A DNA stretch of 63,745 nucleotides, filler included, from Collodictyon triciliatum (Eukaryota), in the NCBI GenBank assembly GCA_043381765.1. It is 4 parts of 4 records of this genome, joined end to end, with 100 filler letters (N's around TTAATTAATTAA, not from the genome) between each part and the next. Parts side by side here need not be neighbours in the genome. Positions count along the whole stretch, not along the records: positions 1 to 26,488 come from JBHJMP010001468.1; positions 26,589 to 43,836 come from JBHJMP010001469.1; 2 more parts are not named here. One strand, written 5' to 3'. The notes beneath the pieces are model-generated. The model made no database searches and was not told the DNA's origin. It was given only the letters and a program-made list of their open reading frames with translations. Position 1 is the first letter of the stretch, and each line of letters begins with the position of its first letter. Made by a program: the position numbers and the translations under genes. Positions 13,341 to 37,800 of this stretch are shown here, in pieces.

Positions 13341-15505
13341 CTGCTAGATTATTTCTGGATATATCCAGTTTCTCTAAATACAAATTTCCGTCAAAGTCAG
13401 GTATGCTTCCTATCAGTTGATAAATTCAGTCAATAATCAAAGAAAAATAAAAATTATGAAATAAACCAGTAAGATTTATTTTGTTGTCAACAAAAATATC
13501 TTCCACCAGAAGAATATAGCTAAAATTTGGTATTGTTCCTAAATATTGGATTAAATATGAAGTAAATAGTAAGCTGCATTTTTTTTATAATTTGACCAAC
13601 ATATGCAAAATAAATTAAGGAAAATGAAATCAAGCGAACCATATAGCCTGTTACTTGAAAATTTCATGAAATACAAATAGGAAAGGGAATCAAAATCTGG
13701 GATAGAACCTAATATATAAAATATGTTGAGAACGAGATGATGAACATTTTAAAGATAATATTTTTAAATTTCGAAAGATATGTGTTAAAAAATTTTCTTG
13801 AAAGTACAAATAAACCTTCCAAGTAGTTACTGGATAGAGTCATTACGATTATGTATGGGGTATTACCGAAGTTGGGTATCGTAACTTTTAGCAAGTGGGT
13901 TACTTTTTGAAATTGTGTGTTTCTTAGAGAATGGTTTATATTGAATTTTGATGAATAAAAGTACCGTTCAACATATTATTGTATACGTAAATTCCAAAAA
14001 ATTGGGGAGTGTTGGTAAAGTCCTGTATGGTTCCCTTGAAGGAGGGACTCTTTCAAAGTTGAAAAATTACGCAAATGAATTAAAATAATATACGACAAAA
14101 CTCCTCCTACCGCTGATGAAATTACCAGATAACCAAAGTCTATTCATATTATAGAAATTGGTAAAGTCGGGTATTGTTCCTGTAAGATTTAGAAATAATA
14201 AATAATAATTTTCATCGGTGATAAATTTCCTGAATCCAGAGACAAATACCTGTTATCATGTTGCTTTCAATTGAATTTTTCATTAATTTTGGTACGTAGG
14301 TAAAGTCTGGGATGGTTCCTATTTTTTTGATTTCATGCATGGATGGCAATTTTTTGATTTACTTTCAAATTATTATCATAGTTTTATGCTTCCGTGTATA
14401 ATATAATTTTTGCCTGTGATTGTATTGGCGGAAAGATAGACCGTATCAAGTAGAGGAATTTTTGAAAAATTAGTAATAGTCCCTGCAATAAACATTATGA
14501 AGATATTTAAACAATAATGGCAGAAAATAAAACCATTTTAATTTTAATTGTCACTCTACGTATTTAAATGATGTTCAAGTTACCATTTAAATCGTTCAAT
14601 AACAGGTTAAGAGTTTTCAATATAGAGATATACTTGAAGTCTGGAATACTTCCTAGAAGATTGAAGCACACGATAGGCAAGAAAAATTATATTCTTTCAT
14701 TATGACTGAATTTACTTCTATCTTATTAATGTGGGTCATCAATATTGATAGATTTATTTGCAAGCCAATATATGTTACTAAAAACCTGATAATCTGTTTC
14801 GGTGCATATATTCCAGAAACAATAGGTATATTTCCAAAATCTGGGACGGAGCCTAAAGAAAAATAGACAAACATATAAATTATATAGACACAGTAGTACA
14901 TCTGAAAGGTACTCAAATTAATCTGATAAAAATAATTCAACCAAAAATTCTGGTCTAATTGCAATAACCTGTAAGTCTATTCAAATAAAAATAAATAATC
15001 TCAATTTTTGGTATACTCAAAAAGTTAGGGACTGTTCCTATTGCACATGAATTATAAGGATTTTTAAGGCTAAATTATAAAAACTATAATAAATAATTTT
15101 AAAATTGAAGTCAAAACATCGTAAGCCCTTTCTTCATTATATAATACCAGATATCTTATTATCAAGTGTTGGTATCCAATACAGAAAAGGAGCATATCTG
15201 AAGTTCGGTATGGTTCCTATTTTTTTGGATTTTAAAGACCAAAATTTCATTTGTGTTCAAATAATTTGAGTAATTTATGAAATTGAATATTAGACAAACC
15301 AGATATTTGGTTGTTGGGTGAATCAAGCAGAATCATGCTCGGTAGATTTTTAAAATTAGGGATTTATCTATTTTATAATTTTATTTAGTATTAAGGTTTT
15401 TTATTTTGAATAAAGTTATAAACCTGAAATACTGACCAATGATGTATGTTTGGAAAATATGCAATATTTGTAGATTCGGGAGATTGAAAAAGTCTGGAAT
15501 ATCTC
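13341..15505 (-). repeat. Array of about 14 single-LRR exons (mostly 69 nt, phase 1-1)
   Basis: Exons starting near 13341, 13467 (72 nt), 13640, 13816, 13965, 14111, 14250, 14414 (GC donor), 14584, 14787, 14969, 15148, 15300 and 15424, e.g. GSIPDFDSLSYLYFMKFSSNRLY. About 10 remain in frame. Confidence 0.85.
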
Positions 15506-15997
15506 CTAGGCCATAATATATGTAATAAAGAAACTGTAATGAGCCACAATTCTTCAAATTTATACGTATTTTATATCAACATAAAATTTCAAACATTTGA
15601 ACTAAACCATATGAAAAAAAGTCTTACCTGTAATTTTGCTACTTAATCCTATGCACATCAGGGTAAGCTCTGGTTTTTTGAAAAATCAGGTTTGTACCCT
15701 CCAATGAATTTCCTTCTATGAATATAATTTGTGAATTCGGAATCCCAGAAAAATCTGGAATAGAACCGGTAATCTTGTTCAAAGAGACATCCAAGTATGT
15801 AAGAAACGGTAGGTTAAAGTCGGGGAGCGCCCCGTAAATAAAATTGTCGTATATTTTCACAGACAAGAGACGCGGGAAATATTCCAACGTATTTGATACT
15901 TCCCCTATATCCAGATAGATGGTTTCCAACCAACTTTATTTCAATTAATGAACAAGAGTTCTCCTGTTTATTTAATTTTTAAAAAAATATAGTATTT

Positions 15998-16045
15998 TTA
16001 TGATCAAATTTTTCCTTTATTCTATTCAAAAAAATTATGATCGAA
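15998..16045 (-). mobile_element. Micro-insertion of LINE 3' end with TSD, intronic
   Basis: tttttcctttattctattcaaaaaaa between ttatgatcaaa (15998-16008) and ttatgatcgaa (16035-16045). Confidence 0.7.
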
Positions 16046-17946
16046 AATAAAATAAAATATTGGACACTTAAAATTATATCTACATACATCCAACTGAGTT
16101 TTTGAACACTTTGAGTGGCAGTGTATCCCAAACCAATAACATATTAGAGTTTCATGACTTTTCCAACCCGAATTATTGAAGCAAAAGTCTCCAATCAGGA
16201 TTCTTTAAAGCTCATGCAATAATTCAAAAACACTTTTCGAGGTTTCGGATTTTTCTTTTACCCAGCTTGCGTCAGTGCTGTAAGTTAGGTCATTGGCTCC
16301 GATAAACTTCCTTTCAAACGAATTTTTCCATTCATCTTTGTGTAACAACTGGGCACCCAAGTGCGTCCTTGGGATCTGTGATCTGATTCTAAGACCCATC
16401 TCGGAATTCTCCAAGTATGTTCTTAGAATCAGTCCAAAGAACCACCGTGGACCGCTCCAGGAACGTTCTCAGAAACCTCCCCTGAACCCTTCGTCCAGGG
16501 GATATTTAATGAGTCTGTCGACTCTTTAATAGGTTGAGAATCATAAAGTAAGCCTGTAGCAGAATAAAAGGACATCCCCTTACACTTTGTCATGAAAATC
16601 ATATTTACTAAGACTTTTATGATTAAAATCATATGGGATAAATAATTTGTAGTATATTTAATCGATGCAGTAAATTTTATTACCTTCTTGACCTAAGTGG
16701 TCATGATTCTCATCGGAAGAAAGTAGACATGAATCCATGTAAAAATCCAGCAAAATTTTGAATGCCTTATCCGTATTCATGGATATAATTTCATTGCGAC
16801 TCAGCAAAGCATCTGAGACTTGAGTTGCCACTGAACGAAGATAAACCATTTTTTTTACTTTGAAAATCATAAAAAATTTGTGCTTTCTTAAATTATCTTT
16901 ACCTGTCATCCCTACACAAAATAGGACCAAAAAGAGACAAAAGAATCAATATGTTCCAAATATTCAATTTCCTCATCAAGGGGAAGTGTTGGCCAAGACA
17001 ATATCTATATTTGGCTAGGCATTACTATGCATAAATGATTTTTTTGCGTGTTTGATTATTTTTGACCCCGCATTTTTTTGATTTATCATGTGTCAAAGTT
17101 TTAGTAATTTTTAATGCACATTAGAATTATAACTGCATATTATAATAAATTCTTTTCAAAAGCAAAAGTTATTAGTGAAAACATCAGAAAGAGGATTATT
17201 GCAAAAGAAGGTCCTCGACATTTGGTTCACTTAAAATATTTGATAAAAAGCTCTAATCCTCTCAATTTTCTTTATTATTCATTGGTGATTTCAATAGTTA
17301 TGAATATTCTCCTCTTAAAAATGCAATAAATTAAATTATTTGAAGTTAAAAGAAAAGAAATTTTCTTTTTTCAGTGCGTCACGCTTTTTTAGAGTTATCT
17401 TGTATTTCGTAAATTATATTGGAAATATGAAAAATTAATGCTTACATCACATGCTAAAATTCTTACAACAAAAACTACGAGATGTTATGAAAGAGCTTAA
17501 ATTATCCATATAAAACACATAATACGCCTCCAGTTTTTAAAAAGGTCACAACTTGAACATTATATTATCATATATTCAAGAGAAGTGAAACTTCAATTAT
17601 TTCATGATTTTCCTATGATTTATATTGGAATAGAACTTGCCACTTTTTTCATCAAAATATCTTTAGAATAGCTAAACTTAGGTACCTAACATGTTGTAAT
17701 GAATTATTTATTTAATGGCCCAATATTTTGAGAGTGATAAGAAAATTATGGAATAAATATATTTTTGTTACAAATCATTTAGACTATTAATGTAAACTAT
17801 GAATGAAATAATGAATGATTATTCTATAATTCATAATTTCTCTCCTTGCATACAGACATACCGCATGACTTTTTTTTAAAAAAAAGGGAGCATACACCAT
17901 GATTAGCAGTTAGCAGATACTATTCACAAAACTATGCATATTTCAG

Positions 17947-18355
17947 ATGAAATTCAGAGGAATTTACTTCACAAAGCTGCTGTGAAATATTCAACACAGA
18001 AGGATGACAATTGTAAGGAAAAAGAAAGATTTTTCAAAATTTATAAAGCATAGTGGTATTGTATTTTCACAAGAATTTCTAATAAGGTATGTACATTTAA
18101 TTATTCGCCTTCGTAATTATCTATTCATATAAGGTGGTATGTCGATGTTGGCAAATCAGAATATGGAAAGTATGGTTGATAGACTAGACATTTCTACTTA
18201 TGGGTGCATGCAAGCCAATTTCTAGATATTTTATGATTTTTTTCCGATGCATATAAAATACATATTTCACTTCATATTTGAATTCAGTGTTTCGGGCTGG
18301 CAACAACATACCTATTTTAGAGCCAGTGAACAAGGGAGACTTATGTATATTCTAA
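17947..18355 (+). pseudogene. Possible decayed ankyrin-repeat gene fragment
   Basis: Exon-like pieces reading DEIQRNLLHKAA and GNNIPILEPVNKGDL resemble ankyrin consensus; frames are broken by stops. Confidence 0.25.
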
Positions 18356-18404
18356 GGAGAATTTAGTTGCTCTTCGAAAAATAAAAAATAAATAGAGCGA
18401 AATC

Positions 18405-18950
18405 TATGATGATGGTTGCTAAACTTCGCCTTGGTCCTATAATACAGGCCTAACACTCAGGCAAAAGGCGAAAGCACAGAAATCTATTCCTGATAATCGA
18501 CTACTTCACCTCCACCCAGCCCCAGGTAGTGTTCATGGAGACGAAGGCTAGCGAGTAAATGTCAAAACGTGCTATTGAGCGAACTTATAGAGAGAATTCT
18601 ATAGAAAAGAAAAGTCAAGGACTTTAGCGAATATATAGAGAAATAAAACGCATCAACAAAGGTCCGTCCTAAACCTTCCTGAGCACCACGTGATTCGCCC
18701 TACGTAACTTCTGCCTCGAACCATTTTTCAACGATTGGAGCCGCGCTCATGGCTGCTGGTCGGACGAGGTCAAGTCTAACTTCGGGCCAGCAAGGAGGGC
18801 AATCCGGCCGTCGTCTGGTTTTTACTGTGGATATGTGCGCCATTCACAAGATACTACCTTCTCGCAATAAAACATAACCGTCCTTCTTTGGCCTATTCAC
18901 AGAGAATCCAGCATATCGCAGGTCACGTCCGCGTCGTAATCGGTCACCCA
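18405..18950 (+). mobile_element. Possible decayed non-LTR retrotransposon fragment (post-RT region)
   Basis: GC-richer island; with frameshifts it reads AKLR-PWSYNTGLTLRQKAKA-NLFLII-DYF...IERIL*KRK, resembling the W....L[ST]L..K....N...Y / FLW pattern after L1/Tx1 RT domains. Confidence 0.4.
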
Positions 18951-19587
18951 ATCGCCATGCATATTGCAAGCATGTGTATATATTACCACCAATTCATATT
19001 TGAATTGGAAAATGATGTATCTTTGAATTAGTCGCGGTGGACTGAATACAAGAAAAATAAAATCATAAATTCCACATTAGAAATACAGTATTTTCATCAC
19101 GGTACAAAATTGGCCTTTCGTGTGGTCTTTTTTCGGCTTTCTCTTTGCCAACCAAACCGGCAGAACCAACTTGAAGGAAATCCGCGGCCGAAATCACTCG
19201 CGGCACGAAGGTTGGAAGGCGCGGAGCCCGAGTAGCGCGGCAAGGCAGAGTCAGTTGTGTGGAAACAAGAAAAAAAAAAAAAAAAAAAAAACAAACTCTG
19301 AAGTGGAACTGAGGCAGATGGAAAAGGAATGAAGGATAAGTAAATAAGTAAAAAAAAAAACAAATGTTGGTTCAACACACATAATCACACAAACAATCAC
19401 ACACACACACACAAAAAAAAAAGCAATAAAATAAAACAAAAGAAAAGAACAGGAAAAAAGCGAGGGGAAGTGCGACTCTCTTACTTCTGCGCAGCGTCAT
19501 TGGAAACCTGTGGCTATCTTCCACCTTGCTCGTTCCTCTCTTGACTCGATAAAATAGCAACGGTCTAGGAGCGAGCGGCTGCTTGGG

Positions 19588-26463
<6,876 letters not shown>

Positions 26464-26488
26464 AAAATACAATTTGCCCTTACCTTTC

Positions 26489-26588
26489 NNNNNNNNNNNN
26501 NNNNNNNNNNNNNNNNNNNNNNNNNNNNNNNNTTAATTAATTAANNNNNNNNNNNNNNNNNNNNNNNNNNNNNNNNNNNNNNNNNNNN
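26489..26588. other. Artificial 100-nt scaffold spacer N44-TTAATTAATTAA-N44
   Basis: Identical construct at 43837-43936 and 61162-61261; the 12-mer has stops in all six frames. Confidence 0.95.
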
Positions 26589-26693
26589 TTCTTCTTTCTA
26601 TTCTTCTTTCTATTCTTCTTTCTATTCTTCTTTCTATTCTTCTTTCTATTCTTCTTTCTATTCTTCTTTCTATTCTTCTTTCTATTCTTCTTT
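26589..26693. repeat. 12-mer tandem repeat (TTCTTCTTTCTA)n
   Basis: Read directly at the contig edge. Confidence 0.9.
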
Positions 26694-26766
26694 CTTATTC
26701 GATTTCTATCTTTTCTTATTCCGGCAATATGGAAGACATAAAGGGAGATACCATTCTGGACCAGCC

Positions 26767-31378
<4,612 letters not shown>

Positions 31379-31827
31379 GACGAGATAAACAAAGCGACCA
31401 CGCTCGGGAGTTGGGCGGATAAAGAACAATTTGTTTAGTTTCCAGAATTGGATAAATTCAGCACATGTTCAGCCTTGTTTCTGCCGTGTTCGATTCTGTC
31501 CACGATCGATCCTTCTATCCCCGCCGCGGGCGATCGGCATCTAGAGCAAAGACCAAAACAGACTCTCGTTGGGTTCGGCAATCCATTCGGCCAAGCAGCG
31601 GCTCGTGAAGAGGGTCTTGAGATATACCCATAAGGTTGCGATTGTAAAAACCTTCTGTCGAGAGAGCCACGAAGAATACTGACCCGAGCCCACTCTTGGT
31701 GCAGAAGTTTTTTTTTTTTTTTGTTGTTGTTGCTTTCTTTGTTTTGTTTTCTGAAGACTTCAAACCTAACAAGTTCGTTGTTAAGAAAGGAAGATATAGA
31801 AAGGCCAGCCTTTACCAAACCCACATC

Positions 31828-33176
31828 ATGTCGATCTTTGAATACAATGGAGCTGGAATGGTTGCCATGGCCGGAAAAGACTGTGTCGCGGTTGCTGCTG
31901 ATCGACGCTTTGGAAAAGAGCTCATGACCATCACGACAGACGCAGAGAAAGTCTTTAAAATCAACGACAGAGTCTTGTTTGGTCTGACTGGACTCCAAAC
32001 TGACGTCCTGACTTTGTAATAGCTTTATTGAGAAATATCTTTTTGCTTCCTTTACTTATTTTCCATACTTTTTAATTTTTGTAAAAAGTAAAATAACAAC
32101 TTTCGTAGTTACCTTCCTTTTGAACGAACCTTTTCTATATCGACCAAATGTCCAGAAACAAAAGCTTGGCTTTAAGAGGATACCTAACTATTCATGGAAC
32201 CCAAAAAAAAAAAACGACCACTAATATCTTTTTCTTAACTTTCTTTGCTTGTTACCCTTGCGAAACGAAGCTCCCAAAAAGTCAAGTTCAGAACAAACAT
32301 GTATAAGCTTCGTGAGGAGCGCGAAATCCGACCCTCAGTTTTTGGAAATCTTGTTACATCCATGCTATATGAGAAGAGGTTTATCAAAGGGCGTGTCCTA
32401 ACACTTCAATCAGAATAAGAAAATATTGCTTTGTATCGACATCATTTCTAGTTTTGTCTCTATGTATCTCCTTCTTCGTGCCCCCTTTTTTCTATGAACT
32501 CAACATGTATTTCAATAGGTTTGGGCCCTATTTCGTGTCCCCGATTGTTGCTGGATTAGAGCCCGACAACAAACCATTCATTTGTGAGTACGACAGCATC
32601 GGAGCCATCAACGTCACTAACGATTTTGTCGTCGGTGGAACTGCCACAGAGCAGCTCCTTGGTATGTGCGAATGCATCTGGAGACCTGACATGGTGCGTA
32701 CGTTCATGTGTATATTTGTGCGCAATTATTTCTTATCGCCATAGCCAGGATGACTCGCCTGATTTATTCGCTTTCTATGCGACCCTTTTGCTTTCTTTAA
32801 AATAGATAAATAAATCATTAGAACGCTGATGAGCTTTTTGAGGCTGTGTCCCAAGCCCTCCTGAACGCGACAGATCGCGATGCGTACAGTGGTTGGGGCG
32901 CAAATGTCTATGTCATGTATGTCTATATCCTAGCCTCCTTTTCCATCGCACAACTTTCGTAGCTAATATTTTATTTATTTATCTATTTATTATTTATTAT
33001 TTATTATTTATTTATTTGTCTTTCTTTATTTCTAGTATACTTTACCCTGCCTAAGAATAACAATTGATCGATGAATTAACTATTTTCCTCTTCTTTTATT
33101 CTTCTGCTTCTACTACTGCGATTGGAGTACCCCCAAGGGAATCACCGTCCGCCACCTCAAACAGCGCCAGGATTAA
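31828..33176 (+). CDS. PSMB3: 20S proteasome subunit beta type-3
   Basis: MSIFEYNGAGMVAMAGKDCVAVAADRRFG, GLTGLQTDV, YKLREEREI, LYEKRFGPYFVSPIVAGL, DFVVGGTATEQLLGMCE, DRDAYSGWGA, C-terminal RHLKQRQD*. Confidence 0.96.
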
Positions 33177-33571
33177 GAACACCAGCAAATCACACGAAAT
33201 ACAACCACATTCTCGGATAATTTTTCTATCTGCCTCTTCCCACCAAATAATGACTTAGCACTTGTACGCGCAACTCAAAAGGCTGCTGCCAGTATAGAAG
33301 GGTGGGGAGAAGAGAACACGCTTAATTGTGGTATTTTATGTTTTCTTTTTTTTTTTTATTCTTATTCCAGCAATAGACAAAGGAGGCAGGGGCTTATTTA
33401 TCAGAAGTGTGGGAGTCTATACAAGATAAAAAAAAGGCGCGTTTGCAGTATCGAAGCCAATCGTCCGCTCTGTGATTCGGTGCTATAGTCCTTGCTGTTA
33501 TTTCTTTTTCCTCTTTTTTCGTTTCATCCATTCACTTCTTGTGTCTGTCGCGGGGCAGTGGTGCAGATGAC

Positions 33572-34265
33572 TCAATGATCGAGCGGGATTTCCTTCATAT
33601 CGCGCAGGTAGTAACACGAGAGCTCCCCAAGGCTGCTGAGGATGAAAGTGGAGATGACGACAGTGACCCACCAGACCCAGTTTGTAGGGAACTTGTTCAT
33701 CACTGGGGGGGAAAAGGAGGTGGGATATTGCGTGAGGCATTCCTTTGTGATGATGGTGATGGTGATGGTGATGGTGATGGTGATGGTGATGGTGAAATAC
33801 CGATGCAGCTAATAGCAAAGTGGACAATCGCGATCGTGCACGCGTAGTCCCAAGACTTGCCCGTACTTTGCACAATAAAGTAAAACAAGGACGCAGCCAG
33901 GAGGAACGTGATTGTCAGGGTTAGCCAAGTCGCTGCGTGAAGGAAGGTGTATGCTATCAGAAGGAGACTGCTTTGAAGGGTCACAACTCCCGCCCAACCA
34001 TAAGGCAGAGTTTACGCGCAACAAAAGACAAGGCGATCAAGGCATCACAAAGCATCCAGGCGTGGGTGGGCATAGAAAAACCTATTTCGTGGTGATCTCC
34101 AAAGCCAAAGTGGTCAAAGTCGAAGGGCATCGTCCCGTCGATTGTGATGGAGAAGCAAGCACACAGGACAAAAGAAACCACGAAGTTGAGCGTGTAGAAG
34201 GAAGGGAAAAGTAGGCCCAGTTTCTTTAGGATCGTCTTTGTTTCGTCGTCGCTGACCTGGCCCAT
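33572..34265 (-). CDS. SYS1/TMEM244-family membrane protein (3 exons)
   Basis: Multi-TM protein with KSWDYACTIAIVHF, FPTNWVWW and LGELSCYYLRDMKEIPL, matching the SYS1 family pattern. Confidence 0.75.
33748..33794. repeat. (GATGGT)n hexamer repeat in an intron
   Basis: Read directly. Confidence 0.9.
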
Positions 34266-34872
34266 TCTTTGTAGAGTCTGTGGTGGTCGAGTGCGTGATT
34301 ATTCGCCTTGGAAACGCGGTGAGTGTGATCGTGGCGGTGAGGCTGTATGCTTGATCACGGCAGAAAAGGAGTACGCCTTTTGACGAGAGCAGGGTGTCTC
34401 TTGTGCAGACCAGTGGGGCTCTCTCGCCGAGCCTCTGATCAGGTCACACAAAAAAGAGTACAGAGAAAAACAGCACAAGACAATAAGATATGTTTACAAA
34501 AAGTGTGTGATCGAAGCATCCCGTTACTCAAAGTGCTTCTTATTCTTAGCCGTTTCACTGTCGTTGGTTTTTTTTTTCTTGGGGTTTTTTTACATGTATT
34601 GCTGTTTCAGTTCAAGATTTATTGGTTTTCTAGGTTGTCTGAGCAAAGGCTGTGTATGTATACTTGATTAACATGTGCAAATAGTCGGGGCTGTCATGAT
34701 ACCTCGTTTTCTTATTATTATTTTTTGTTTCTCATCTCCTTGCCACTCCTCCCAGGACGAGGCAGTTTGTTAGCGAAAGAAAAGGGAGAAAAAAAAACTA
34801 GGGTAATGTATCGAAAGAAAATGATAATATATAAAAAAAAATATATAATTCCCTAGTCACTTGTGCCGTGTA

Positions 34873-37800
34873 TCATTGCGGGTTTCTGGGTATGCGGTTG
34901 CACGCCTCTCCAAGAGCCCGGGCCATGTACACAGGAAGCCCGCTTCCCACCACGCGGTAGACTTCGTGTTCCCAGTCGGAAAGGGTTCCTTTGAAAGATG
35001 CCATAGGAGCCAACCATTGCTCCGGGATATGTTCCATCCCCATTCTCTGGGCGCAGTCGCTGAGTTTGAGCTTGCGTCCGTAGAATCTCGCAGCACGAGT
35101 CCCGTCAGGCAAGGGTGATTTGTTTTCCGTAGTCGTTATGTGCGGGCATATGCCAGGGTACGTCTTTGAGTACTTTCGCCAAACAGCAGGAGGCGGATAG
35201 CGTCCGCTAATCACTCTATTTCGATTCTGCCCAACTCCGTGTGGCCCTGGTATGAGATTCTGAATAAACTGCGCAGCGTTGTAAATATCCCCCCACTGGT
35301 TACTGCCTGACCCTGGAAATATTAACTTTGTAAGAGCATGCGATTCATGGGTTGTTCTTTCAAATAATAATGCGCAAATAGTAAAATATAATAATAATAG
35401 TAATAGTTATAATAATGGCATCAAATAAGGCTATTCCGATTCGTGAAAATGCACCTGGAACTGAGCCTGATTCAATCCACACAACCTTATCACGGTAGCG
35501 CGTAAGCAATTGAAGAGCCCAGCTGAGGATGTTCCCTTTATGGATGTTGTATCCGGCTCGAACAGAGGATGACTCTACCTGTTCGATAGGGGGCGAAATC
35601 CAGATGGCTTGAAATTGGTCGAAGCTTTGGATATTCCATATGTCATAAAGGTGGGTATTGCGAGAGCCGATGAAGCTGGACAGGTAGTGTGCCACCGGAT
35701 CGATTTCAAATCCAACACAATGATGACCTGCTTGCTCCAGACCCAACCGCGCATATCCAACCCCGTCAAAAAGTACAGCGACCGTCAAAGTTGGTCGCAA
35801 CCTGTGATAAATCCGTAAGTAACTCGATATATACGCGGAAGATAATGTATCGAATGATTTAATCTCAAAACAGAATAACCAAGTATAGAAAATATCATTT
35901 CATAATTCCTTTAGTGGGTAGACAAATAATATGTGTGATATAGTATTAAGGTCACCCTCTAAAAAGTGCAAAATCAGCATTTACACGGTATGCTCGGTCT
36001 TCGACCTACATAGCGCAGGACAATGTTATTAACTTTGGTAAACAACGACAAGAATTGAAACAGAAATAGAAGAAGTTGAGCTCTGCTGTTTGAGTGACTA
36101 AAAGAAACAATAAGAGGAGACTAATCATGCACATCCGAATGATGGAGATGGTTTGTTAGTATTCTCGCAGGCTGTTTGTGGGTGTGTGGATAGAGTATAG
36201 TGGTGTTGTTATTGTTTTACTAGAGGAACGTGATGTGCGCCTGATGAAGCAACAAGATGACTCGTATCGTATTCTTTCAGGGTAATACTTTCCCTAAAAT
36301 GATGTTTTAAAAAAATAGGAAGATCAGCTTCTCATTATTTATTTTTTTTTTTTTTGTAATGGCATAGACGAATATTTAAATTTTAACGAATGGATTTAAT
36401 TTGGCTTATTTCTATTTAAAAAAGTCCATGTGTACTTTTGCATATGTCAACCAAAATGCAGTCCAAAGTGCAATCAGTGATATATAATTGATAACTAAAT
36501 TATATATATAGATTTGGTAATACATTTTTCTTTTCGATTTTCTACCAGGACCATGGTGTTGCTCTGGATTAGGCCCACCTGTGTTGAATCTAAGATTTGC
36601 TCCAGGGTATCTGCAAAATCGTTAAGCGAAGTTATCCTCAATGCATTTTTTTTCTTCGAGGATGAAACTTTGTTATTTTGCATAAATTTATCGATTGAGA
36701 TTGGAATCCCCTTGTATCACATACTTTTCATGGTCGTGTAACCCAGTGGTTTCTGTCAAGCTGTTTTAATTAAATATATTTGATTTGTAATGACCATACC
36801 GTTCTCACAAGAATACAAATATATAATTTTGTAAAAATCATGGTTCGCCAATTTGCTGATAATTATGTGCATCCAAATATATCTTTCTTAGGAATGAGGG
36901 AGGAAGAAAGTTTTCATGTTTAGGACGATAAATCATATTGTTCTACTAACCAGTCATCTTGCTCAATAGTCCCACGCATGTGTGGCTCCCTTCTTGCTGG
37001 CCCCATACGCAGAGAAGTATCAATACCAGTCGAGAGTTTTTCTGAGCTATTCCCGTCTGACCCAACTATTGCAGAGCTTCCAGATGATTGCAAGACCAGT
37101 GTTGTGCTGACATCTGATTTCTTTGTCTGTAGAGAGCCTGACTTCGCCCCGTGCAATGAATCAGCTACTGTATCGTGTACTGATTCTGTAGAGAGAGGGG
37201 AAGATGATCGACCGATCACCCTCTCATCTAAACCACCCATACCCCTGGGTGGATGGGGACTTATTTGTGTAGGCATCGCAAACCCTGGCGATGGCCCGGT
37301 GGGATATGGCGTTTGGTAGCCTAAAGGGTATTCATTCCGGCCCCATGGATTCGTTGGTGTCATACCAAAAGGAGCTGGTTGGTATGCACCAGGATACATA
37401 CTGTGTGGGCATTTAAATAGTGCTTAATGTATATTGAAATGGGATATGAATTCGTTCTATGTATATTTTATTTTTCAGGAGCAAAACTCAGAGAATAACA
37501 AAATATAAATACTACATTTCTAAAATCTTTGCACACTACATAAATGAGATTTTGGGCAATATCATACACGGTAATAAGTTAATCAATGGGGAAAAAAAAA
37601 TACCCATAAGGATGTGTAGGGTGATGAACAGTGCCATGATGTGGGATGTACTGCATGTTACGCACTTGATTCTGTATAGGGGCTTCTTCATTTATCATGG
37701 ATAGAAGACTGTGTGCCAAAAAGGTGATGATTAAATTGATATATCGAATTTCAAATAGAGCATATGAATCCTCAAAGAGAACAAAAGAGACAATCGCCTG

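Larger units (their letters stand above)
10273..16910 (-). pseudogene. Disrupted paralog of the LRR-multi-TM receptor
   Basis: Same architecture as 965-5812 (LRRNT NNSGWKSHETLICYWFGIHC, LRRs, Cys-rich region, FGCTLYD...YPWVQC). In-frame TAA at 12897-12899 (ISGS*PNKFW), frameshifts near 12667, 12420 and 12343, and several LRR exons with non-triplet length. Start codon uncertain. Confidence 0.8.

Noticed and set aside
26533-26544. Palindromic TTAATTAATTAA repeated three times in the window
   Set aside because: Always centred in 44+44 Ns; it is an assembly spacer, not biology.
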